From Selaginella moellendorffii (Eukaryota > Plantae > Lycopodiophyta), in assembly GCF_000143415.4 (NCBI RefSeq), contig NW_003314266.1, positions 1,944,463 through 2,008,462 on the forward strand: 64,000 nt of DNA. Reading direction: 5' to 3'. The notes beneath the pieces are model-generated. The model made no database searches. It worked only from the letters and a program-made list of their open reading frames with translations, and was not told the DNA's origin. The translations under genes were made by a program, and so were the position numbers. Position 1 is the first letter of the stretch, and the number at the start of each line of letters is the position of its first letter. Below are positions 34,399 through 44,726 of the stretch, in pieces.

Positions 34399-36180
34399 CT
34401 AAATACTAAACCCTCTCATTGCTGCCCGAGTGCCAATGGAGGAATCATAATACATGGCACATGCACCCAGCAAGCACTCCCACTCCAGTGCTTCGTCCTC
34501 AAAGGGCATATTGAGGATCAAGTCCTCAGCAGCAGCCAGGAAACCAGCTCGCCCAAGCAGATCAACCATACAAAAGAAGTGTTGCCTAGTTGGTGAAACT
34601 CCATAGTCCATAGCCATTGAGACCAAGCAACACCTCCCAGCATATAATCCCCCCGCACGGCTACAAGCAATGAGAAACGAAGCCACACATGAATCATTGG
34701 GTGTTACGCAGTGAGCAGCCATTGAACTTAACGTGAGATCTATTTTGTTTTGTGATAGCTCTCCTTGGGCATAGCAGGATAGCAGTGCTGACCAAGAGCC
34801 AGAGTCTGGATCTGGAATGGAGTCGAAAATACTCTTAGATTTGAGCGGATGCCCGTTTTGGGCATATGCATATATCAATGCGTTCCAACAGGTGGTGTCC
34901 CTCTGGAGCGTTTTAGCAAAAATTCCCAGTGATTCCTGGATATGCCAGTTTTGGGCATATGCAGCAAACATGGTAGTGCATGAAAAACAGTCCCACTCGG
35001 GCATTTTGTCAAATACGTACTTAGTGTACTCGAGATCCCGTGCATAGGCATAACCTGATAGGATAGATGTCCATGACGCTAGGTTTTTCCGAGGCATGCT
35101 ATGGAACATCTCTTGTGCTTTATCTATTTTTCCGTTTTGAGAAAGAAGAGAAAGTTTCAAGTTGCATGATACAATATCCAGACACGGCATTTGCCCAAGC
35201 ATGGTATCCACTTGTTGGGTTTCTCCATGTTGAGCATATGCTAACAGCATTACGTTGCAAGCCAGAGTGTCTAGATCTGGGATTCTCTGGAATATATCTA
35301 TAGCTTCTCTAAGATTTTCACCATGGGCATAAGCTTTTAGCATAGCAGTCCAAGATAACAAGTTTCTGTATGGCATCTCATCAAATATTTGCTTCGAGAG
35401 CTCAACGCGTCCTCTCTCGGCATATGCCGCGAGAAGAGCAGTCGAGCAAACCACATCCCACTGTGGCATCTTGTCATAGATTTCTTTGGCACCATCTAGG
35501 TTATTAGCTTCCAAAAATGCAGCCACAAGTACCGTCCAGCTCACCAGGTTCCTCTCCGGCATCTCTAAAAACACCTTAAACGAGTCGCAGAGATTCCCTA
35601 CATCGGAATATGCCAAGAGCATTGCATTCCACGACGCAAGATTCCTCTCAGGCATCTGGAGGAATATGTTTCGAGACTCTATAACCAGTCCGGCCCGAGC
35701 ATATGCGCCAAGCATTGCTGTCCAGGCAATGAGGTCATAACCAGGCATAGAATCAAACAGCACCTTGGCATCGTGCAGATGCCCTTTATCGGCACAAGCC
35801 GAAACCATGGTAGTCCAGCTCACAAGATCCCTCGCTGGCACGTTTGCAACAGAAGTTCTAGATTCCCGCAGATGCCCATCTGCGGCATCTGCTGATGACG
35901 ACAGATTCCAAGGCATTTGGTCGAAGAGCTCCCGGGCTTCTGCGACATGGCCATTTCGTATGTACGCAGAGAGCATGAGATTCCATGAGTAAGTGTCCTT
36001 GGCGGCAATGTGGTCGAACACGTGGCGCGCATCCAGAGGGCTGCCGTACGTTCCGTAGAGCTGGATGAGCTTGTTGAGGAGGAAAGTGTCGTTCTGGAAG
36101 GCTGCGGAAATTGATGCGTGGATGTCAGTGGCATCAGCGAGGCTCTTACAACAATGGATTGCCTCAAGCCATCTATTCAT
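34399..36180 (-). CDS. PLS-class PPR protein with truncated E region, no DYW; intronless
   Basis: Tandem about 31-aa PPR motifs (MPERNLxSWxxML.AY). C-terminal HFFCMVDLLGRAGFL...WECLLGAC. First ATG at 36180. Confidence 0.9.
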   Translation of the reverse strand: MNRWLEAIHCCKSLADATDIHASISAAFQNDTFLLNKLIQLYGTYGSPLDARHVFDHIAAKDTYSWNLMLSAYIRNGHVAEARELFDQMPWNLSSSADAADGHLRESRTSVANVPARDLVSWTTMVSACADKGHLHDAKVLFDSMPGYDLIAWTAMLGAYARAGLVIESRNIFLQMPERNLASWNAMLLAYSDVGNLCDSFKVFLEMPERNLVSWTVLVAAFLEANNLDGAKEIYDKMPQWDVVCSTALLAAYAERGRVELSKQIFDEMPYRNLLSWTAMLKAYAHGENLREAIDIFQRIPDLDTLACNVMLLAYAQHGETQQVDTMLGQMPCLDIVSCNLKLSLLSQNGKIDKAQEMFHSMPRKNLASWTSILSGYAYARDLEYTKYVFDKMPEWDCFSCTTMFAAYAQNWHIQESLGIFAKTLQRDTTCWNALIYAYAQNGHPLKSKSIFDSIPDPDSGSWSALLSCYAQGELSQNKIDLTLSSMAAHCVTPNDSCVASFLIACSRAGGLYAGRCCLVSMAMDYGVSPTRQHFFCMVDLLGRAGFLAAAEDLILNMPFEDEALEWECLLGACAMYYDSSIGTRAAMRGFSI

Positions 36181-36752
36181 AGAGGAAAAAGATGCGAGAG
36201 AATATCCCAAGGTCGTTTAGGGCAACCAATCCAAAAGGGTGAAAAAGGTGAAAGGAAAAAAATAACGAATTCTTTCTTCCGGGCTTTCCGCCGGTCAGAG
36301 AAAATCCCACGGTCCAAAGTGGGACGCCAGGGGCCAATGGAAGCCGCCCGATGGGGCCATCTACGGCTGATATTGCGCCTGCCACGACGCTCGGGCGCTC
36401 CCAGACCTAGCCCCGGCCCCGGCGCGGTTTAGGTTCGGCACCGAAGCTTCCCCGCCTTCTTCTCGCCAAAACAATGAGCCGGCATGGAAAGGACTTGGTG
36501 CCGGTGTCTCTTTTCGCTAACCCTTTGCTCCTCATTCTTTTGATGCGCGCCTCCACCGTGCGCCGCCGCGCCTAGGGAAGGAAGTAAGCGAGCGATCCAG
36601 CGCCCGATCGATCGATCGATCGATCGATGCCAGCGGCCTAGGGCGCCCGCGCCGCCGCGGTTTGTTTGATGTGCTTGTTCGTTGCAGAGGAGGAGAATCG
36701 GCGCGCTTCTTCGTGAATTCTGGCGCCGCATTGCGAGGTCTTCCCACGGATT

Positions 36753-38988
36753 ATGGGACCGGTTCCTACGCCCGAGGATCGTAAGTGCTCATTCTCTTTC
36801 TCTCGGATTTTCTCGTCTTGACGGTGGAAATTTTGCTTGTAGAAGTGAACGATCTGCTCCAGAACCTCAAGGTCGAGCCCCGGGGGAAGAAATCGGAGTT
36901 TCCAGAGGTAGGCCGACGATTCCCCGCCACGTTTTCTACATTCGTCTCTCTTTGTAACTCTGGGCAGCTCTACGCGGGCCAGGACGGCAATATTTCGGAC
37001 AGTAGCGGCGACGCGTCAGTGTCTAGTGGTGATTTTCTTAGCAACACTCACGAAGTTAATCCGGATTCGAGCATTTTTTATTCCACAAATGGCTATGCTG
37101 CTCAAGGGGGTATGGATCGAGATCCGTGTACCATAAAGCACACGTTTTGATCGTTTCCTCTGTTTTGATATATCCAGGGACGACGGACTGGGAGGAGTAT
37201 CCTCGTTACGTTGGCCTTAATGGGCTAGATCCGGTAAGCTTGTCAAGAAATCTACTTTGTTTTCCATTGAGAGTTTTGGAGCTCAATTGTGTGTGGTCTT
37301 GCTTGCAGGCCTTGTATAACCCCGAGAGCCTTGTTCTAAGTTATGGCTATGCTTCGCAGCCATACGGCCAGTACTCCCCAGCTCCGTTTTACGCCGATGG
37401 TCAGCTCTACGGACAGTCCGCTTTTCATTTTCCTGCTCCGGTGTACCACGGTCAGTATCACTTCGTAGAGGTGGATCCCTTGAAGAATGATGGATCAACA
37501 GGTGCTATTCCGACGAAGAATGTGCAACGACCGGTTGCAGTGATGGGGCCCTACATACATTATCCCATGCCTGTGCATAATTCCAGGCAGGATGGCCGTG
37601 GAGGTTTCGAAGGGCTGCGAGCTACAGCTCCTCCTTGGGTTGACTCAAGAAGCTCTTCTCATCAGAGGTCAAGCAACAAAACGCAGGTAAGCTTTCAAAA
37701 AGTTATGGCTCTTTTAAGTCACCAAAATTTGGTTTTTAATTTTTCACAGCAAGAGCCAGCCCCGGCTCAGAAGCCTGGGGAGTTGGGAACAGGTTTTCCA
37801 CCTTTGACAAGGTCGGCTCTCAACTCTATTGGACCAGGCAAAGGAAAACGGGGCAATGTAGATGGTAGGCCGGTAGGGAAAGGAGGAGATAGTGTCGAGG
37901 CCGAGCACAACAGGGCACCAAGGGCCTCAAAAGGAAAGCCTCAACGAATATATCCTGAGCTGCAGAAGAAAGGATCAGGTGGAGAAGGTGGCGAGAATTT
38001 TGTGGTATCCAAGGAGCAGTACAATAAGCCCGACTTTTCCACGTCCTACAGCAACGCGAAGTTTTTCATAATCAAGTCGTATAGCGAAGACGATGTACAT
38101 AAGAGCATCAAGTACGGTGTGTGGGCGAGTACTCCAAATGGAAACAAGAGGCTGGACGCGGCATATAAGGAAGCGGCCGGAGAATTTCCTATTTTCCTCT
38201 TTTTTTCGGTGAGGTTCCATAGCTTTGTTGCTTACCTGGACATCCTGAAAACGCCTCGTTTCAGGTTAACGGGAGCGGGCAATTTTGCGGGGTAGCTGAA
38301 ATGAGCGGACCAATGGACTTTCTCCGGAGCGTCGATTTTTGGCAACAAGACAAGTGGACTGGACGGTTCTCAGTAAAGTGGCATTTCATCAAGGATATCA
38401 CTAATGGCCACTTCCGGCACATAATTCTAGAGAACAACGATAACAAGCCCGTCACGAACAGCAGAGACACTCAAGAGGTAATCTAAATGTAGCTTCTCAA
38501 ATGGAAGAACCGCCAGTACTAACTTCCATTCCACACCACAGGTCCAACTCGATCAGGGACTTGAAATGCTGAGGATTTTCAAGAACTACAACTCTAGCAC
38601 GTCAATTCTGGACGATTTCCAGTACTACGAGAACCGGCAGATACTAATGCAGGAGAAGAGATCACGGAGCTCACAAAAGCAGCAGCAGCAGCAGCAGCAG
38701 GTACTCTCTCCTTTTTGTGATTGACGCGCACTAATTTGGATTTAGGATGGCGCGACGCTCTTGAGCAAAAGTACGGGGGACGTGGTTGGCGCAGAGAATC
38801 TTACCGACAAGACGAGTGCCTCCACCAGCACAGAGAATCTTACAGACAATAAGTTGGCTTCCACGAGCGCGGAAGGCAACGCTACTACTACCACTGCTGC
38901 CAGTGCTTCTGCGGCGATGCAACGAAAGTCCTACCTCCATAGCCTGGCAGGAGAGAAAGACGCGGCGGCCAATGCGATTCCAGTCTAG
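36753..38988 (+). CDS. YTH-domain m6A reader (ECT/YTHDF family)
   Basis: N-terminal [10 protein letters not shown] and Y/P/Q-rich region. YTH domain [32 protein letters not shown]...FWQQDKW...[13 protein letters not shown] with aromatic-cage tryptophans. Confidence 0.95.
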
Positions 38989-39351
38989 GCGAGCAACTTT
39001 TGGTGCGGCAGAGAAGTAGGCTGCTCTACTGCCACACTCGCTGGTTTGTGTTGCGATGCCGCCCTCTTGATGCGAGAAGTTCCACCAGGGAAGATTTGGA
39101 GCTGGTTTGTTCTTTCTTTCTTTTCTTTTTTTCTTCCTTTTTTTTTCACTTTCTTCGGTTTTTTTCGTCGTTTCCTTTTTGTTTGGCTGCGAAGCAGGCC
39201 TACACGACAAGGCCTTGGAAAATGTTTTTGAGAATAAGGCTCTGGGAGAAAAAATAAAGAAAAAAACAAAAGAAGATTTTGCAAGGACCCCTGTTATCAT
39301 TGGAAAAATTGGAAGACCATAAAATAATTGACGATGGTTTCGCCACCTTGT

Positions 39352-40667
39352 TTATAACGTGACCAGCGTTTGAAGATTGAATGGCGCTACTGCTCCCGAG
39401 CCTCCTCTCCACAAATAGTTGGAGAAAAATCTATAGCCCTGTTCCGTGGGATGGAGGTCCCAGAAGAGATACTTGGAAGGATCTTGGCAAAGAAACTGCT
39501 TAAACGGCTTGTCTGGAGGAACAGGCATGCCGCAGGCTACCTCTGCGTGGAACTCTCCAGCTCCACAGCAGTTCTGCCTCGTCTCGATGAATCCTACAGG
39601 ATAGAAAACCTTGGAAGGACGTAAAGACGAGCTTGGCTTACCATATTTGCTTGCATTTCTTATCATGTCCATGTAAATCTCATATGACTTCACGGTGATG
39701 ATCTTCGCGTCTGGCAGCTCTGCTCGCAATTGTGCTAGCATCTCGTTGAGTTTGAAATTGAAGCTCTTCGCCATGGAGTTCAAAGGGAGATAGCACCCTT
39801 GCTTTTTCAACTCTGAGCTGACATAATGTCTCGACAGCGGCGTGCATCCCAAAGGTCCCAGTTCAGAGATTGCAAATTTTCGAGCACCTGCGTCATACAG
39901 TGCCTGTGCCCAATATAAAAAAGGAAGTGATACCTACTTTTCTTTGAAAGAGATTTTTCTTCTTACCTTGAAGCTTCTGTTGTAAAGAAGTATCAGGAAG
40001 TTCACATAGTATTCTGGAGGAACCTGTTGGAACTTGGAATCCGAAAAGTAAGTAGTGATAATGTCGTTACTACCAATATTGATGTGAATGATGGACTTCG
40101 CAATTTTCTCGTTTACTGCTGCAGCCGGTTGCCCTGCCTTCCATTTTGAAACCAAGCTATAGAATTGGTTGATCTGCTGGGTGTACGAAATGATATTCTA
40201 GAGAAGACAAGGTGACGCAGAAAACGAAGGAAAAAGGAAAGAACACGTTATACCCTATCTTCATTTGTAATGTCGAGAAGTCCTGCGCCGGAGGACGCAA
40301 AATTTGCACCAAAAGCGTGGCTTGCATTTCCATCCAGATACGGTGGCACCAATGGTAAATTTAAAAACCAAGCTGCACCAACAGCAAGAATTTCAGTAAC
40401 CAAACTTCCCGGCCAGAAGAACTTACCCAGAAAATCCGACGGGATCAAACCATTGGAATAACGTCCGTTTGGATGATGAAAGTGCGTTTCACCAAACGGT
40501 GGAATATCTGCTATAAGAGTTGAGTTGGGAACGAAATAATTGGTTCCAACATCAACCAGTGAATCTCCAAAGATAAAAAGCGCAGGGACCAGAGGTGTTG
40601 CCAAGCACAGCGCTGGTAAGAAATAGACTACTGCTAGCAAGAAATACAATTCACCAAAGAAATTCAT
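39352..40667 (-). CDS. Secreted GDSL esterase/lipase
   Basis: Signal peptide, block I FIFGDSLVDVG, GRYSNG, GANFASSGAG, block III IGSND, block V FWDLHPTE. Confidence 0.92.
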
Positions 40668-40883
40668 TGCTTACCGTCAGACTTCTCGAGACACCTCGAG
40701 CTTGAGCCTCAATTGCCTTGTCGTTTTCCATATGGGTGGCTGAACCAATGCTCAGCTAGCTGTCTCCAAACTTGTCTTCGCTAAAGTAAAGCTTACGTAC
40801 CGCATGCTAATCTGACCCTTCAAGATCTTCGTCGTCTCTCAATATAAATAAAATACAATATCGATATTAAACTCCCGAGTTTT

Positions 40884-43800
40884 TCAAAGTGAAAGCCTCG
40901 AGAGGTAAGCCAAAGTGTAAGGACTTGTAGACTTACCAAACAAGGTACAGAAATCCGGCAGCAGCTTCAGTGTCTTTGCTGCGTCAGGAGTCAAAACATT
41001 CAGGTCCGTCCTGAGCTTGAGCAGCTCCTTGCTGCTCGTCTCGGCAGAGATTCCCTTTTGCCAGACCAACTCAATATTGAATACGTGAGGGCCATTTTTA
41101 CCGCTCGCAAACTGGAGCACATGAACCCCGTCTATTCCAGCGATGTCGTCCTTCGGCACCAGCATCTCTTTCGTACCTGTACACAATCGCATTAATGTCG
41201 CAGAAAACCGACTGGGCAGGATGAAAGTGTTTTACCCGTTTCCTCGGTGATTATGTCCACCTGAAGAGCTTGAATCCTGTCAGTGTCGATAGAAAGAGAC
41301 CACCGATTGGAAGACATCGTCTTTAAGAGGACAGATGTAGTTCTCTGGTCGCCGACAGTATGATCGCTGAGGATCGTCAGGTTCGGACGACCTTGCCATA
41401 AATCCTCGTCCAGATCACTGGGTTTTTCACAGCCTTTCCTAACGCCGAAGGTCACAAAATCTGGTCTCTCGGTACCACCGCACGTGAAGCCGCTCTCAGC
41501 AAGAGACTGGACTTCTTTCCCAAGCCCACCAGGAGTCGTAAATGACACTGAAATATACGACTCGGAGGACAGCTTGTCCATGTTCGCTTCAATCACATGA
41601 ACAACCTGCAGGAGCAAAATTAGAAAGAGAACACAAAAATGAAAATAAATCTTACGTATGTGCCTTTGGCGACGTCCTTTGTAAATGCGGGCACCAATTC
41701 ATACGACACCACCGACAATGATACAAGAAAAATAAATATTGTTGACAATGAAATCCATACTCCGGCACCTGAGCGGACAAAAGGATCTGTAAACAAAACG
41801 TTACATATCGTAGAAATTACCTCTATGAATGTAAGGCATCAAATAGCTCAACGAGAGACATAGTATTGCGGAAATCAAGACGGCTATCACGGCATTTCCT
41901 ACCCACGGAGATCCACCACCTGGATGTCTGCAGATACAAAGCCATATCGTCAAGAAAACCGGAAACGTTTTTACAAACCTGTCAAACCGAACAAGGTTGC
42001 TAATCAGCACGTTTGGCAAGCTGAGGAAAATATCGGAGGTCAAAACTATAGGCACGGGTAGGCCCAGCAGCAACGTCCATGAGCTTAATTGCCTTGGAGC
42101 TTGGTTCTTTGACAGTGAAGATTCTTTCAAACCATCTGCATTGTGAAAACTACCAGTAAGTATATGAAAACTTATGAAAGAAAACGGACTTACAGGCTAT
42201 TGACGGTATAACTAGCCAAGCCATTGCAATATACGAAGACCCGGCATTAGCCCACACTCCGAGTCCAAAAACTAAAAGCCACATCAAGAATACGGCCTTG
42301 AACATAAACTTCTCGGTTTCCGCAGTCACACTCGCGCTGTTCGGCATAGAACGAACCAAGTAAGAACGCAGTAATTTATAACCGAGTGTATGGCCAATAA
42401 CACCACCGAAAACTGCCGGAGCACCAAACAGGCCCACTGCCAATATCGGATGAGCTAGATAAGGGACGGAGTATGTGCATAGACGTGGAAGTAGTGCAGC
42501 CACTGCCACAGCAGATGATAGAGAAAATATCCAAGACAGTATCACCCCAAAAGCAGCGAGTAATAGCGCTGGTAAAGAGAACTGGTCGGCTCGAATCATC
42601 GATCCGACAAAGAGTAGCAGTGATTGGATAAGGACGGACGAGTAGAGAAGCTTTGCAAAATCTCGTGTAAAGGTGACCATATATTGTCCCTGTCGTCAGA
42701 AAGCCAATATAAACAACAAAAATCACAAGAGACATACCAAGACGTCAAAGTAGACCATTTCTAGCTTTGAGCTTTGACTCGTTCCAAGATGAGCAAGCTC
42801 GGGAGACGAAGCAACCTCCACAAGGAAGGGTAGAATATTATCTCCCAGGTGTTGCAATGATCCAGCTCGAACAAGTTTTAATGCATCATTCTGCGAAAAC
42901 CAATGTTAGTTAGAATTGTAAGACCAACCCTCAAACCTGTTTACCTGAGTGTGATAGACAGCCCCATTCTCGACATATGCAAAGTCGAGGCCAGATAAGC
43001 CAGCTATTTCCCTGTAGACTTGAAAATCTGTTGCAGATTTGATGAGTCCTGCTTGAAAAACATCCTGCCGCCATAGGTAAATACAAATAAAAAAACATTC
43101 TTTGCATGCCTAGAACGTACTTGAGCAACTATGTTGGCAGACGGACGCCGAGCAGTCTGAGCAAAAACGTCCACAAGCCATTTGTCCGGTCCAGCCTTCG
43201 AGAAATCGACTACATTTGTTTTAAACATGAGAAATGAAAACTACCTGAAACAATTTAGACTTTCCCCCTGCTCCCATGGCTTCCAGATCTATAAAAGCTC
43301 TGATCGATGAATTCCAGTGGTGCTGCAAAAGAACAAAAACATGAAATAAGCTTTTTAGAAAACAAGACGTCTCACCTGAGTGATAAAGCTGTGAGCACCA
43401 TCAAGGCCCTCCTCTTCTCCGGCATTGAACAAGAATACCACTGAATGCTTGAATCCTTGAGCTATGTTGGACAGCGCTCGGACAAGCTCCAACATAGAAG
43501 ATACGCAGGAGCCGCAATCCCCTCCTCCGCTTCTAGAGTTCCAACTTAGAATCTTTCTCTGTCTAGAACTTTAAACTGAAGTTCGCAAAAAGCACTTACG
43601 ATGTGAAGACCGTGTCGACATGAGAGGACACAAGAATGGCATTGTCTTCGGCATCGTCCGAGTGCTTGGAGCTCAATCGAACGAGTACGTGACTCAAGTC
43701 GGCATAAGCAAGAGTCTTTCCTTTGAAAAGCCCTCCTTGCAAACGATTTCTTCCAGGCTTCGCACGAAAACGCTCGATCTCCATAAAAACCCGTGAATTC

Positions 43801-44225
43801 GCTTTGCTCTTGATGAACTCCAGGACACGAACTATATACTGCCACACGATCGATCAATCTTTGCATAGGAGAAACAACAACAAGAGATTGCATACCTCCA
43901 AAGCGTGGTCGAGATTTTCAGAGCCAACAGGCTTTGGCCCAAAGCTCGTGAGTACTTTCAAATGCCCCATGGCGCGCTCTTCCGAAAAACCGAGCTTCCC
44001 AGCTTCCTCGGCGGGCAGCGGCCTCGGGAGCTGAATGCTCTGGACGTAATGCACCGCGAGTCCGAGAATCACCATCCCGACGACGCCCCACACAAAGACC
44101 TGCGCTGACGCTGGATCCTGCCGCCGCGCCGGTGAATCAGCCGTTACCCTATCTTTTGATTCGATCGCAGCGGCGCTCGATCCGCCCGCCGCCTTCCTCG
44201 CGCGCAACGACGAAGCCATAGCCAA
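40884..44225 (-). CDS. ERMP1: Endoplasmic reticulum metallopeptidase 1 (peptidase M28, multi-pass membrane)
   Basis: GFSEERAMGHL, ILVSSHVDTV, GDCGSCVSSMLEL, FLFNAGEEEGLDGAHSF, DLEAMGAGGK, SATDFQVY, GAVYHT, followed by several hydrophobic TM exons. Confidence 0.92.
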
Positions 44226-44318
44226 GCTCTCAAAAAACCCTAAAATTCAAAATACTTTAGCCTTTTCCAAAACCCTATACCTCTATAAAAGAACTCGGGG
44301 ATTTCCATTCTAGGGTTT

Positions 44319-44678
44319 ATGGATTATCCACTTGCTACTGGGCACATCAAGAACAAAGTCTTGAGCATCCTGGATAGTGCTGTTCAACTCAACCTGGTGA
44401 GGAAAGGAATCAATGAAGTTCTCAAGACTTTGGAGCGAGGACAAACAGGTTTCGTCGTTATAGCATCCGATACAGAGCCGCTGGAGATCGTTTCGAGTGT
44501 GATAGCCGAAGCAACCATGAAGAACTTTAGCTATGTATTCGTTCCCTCAAAGCTGGAATTGGGACGCATATGTGGAATAGCCAGACCAGTGAGCGCTGTG
44601 ATTGTAACGAGCTCCAAGGGCGATGTGGATGCTCACACTCGTGAGTTTGAAGATGCGATTGCCACCCTTTTGATTTAA
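44319..44678 (+). CDS. Divergent intronless SNU13/15.5K (NHP2L1)-like L7Ae-family kink-turn RNA-binding protein
   Basis: YPLA...RKGINEVLKTLERG...DTEPLEI...YVFVPSKLELGRICGIARPV...DAIATLLI aligns end-to-end with SNU13. Preceded by TATAAAA (about 44284) and telo-box-like AAACCCTA/TAGGGTTT motifs. Confidence 0.85.
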   Translation: MDYPLATGHIKNKVLSILDSAVQLNLVRKGINEVLKTLERGQTGFVVIASDTEPLEIVSSVIAEATMKNFSYVFVPSKLELGRICGIARPVSAVIVTSSKGDVDAHTREFEDAIATLLI

Positions 44679-44726
44679 ATCTACCTCTTAAAGAACCCTA
44701 AAAATACTAGTCTAGATTTTAGGGTT

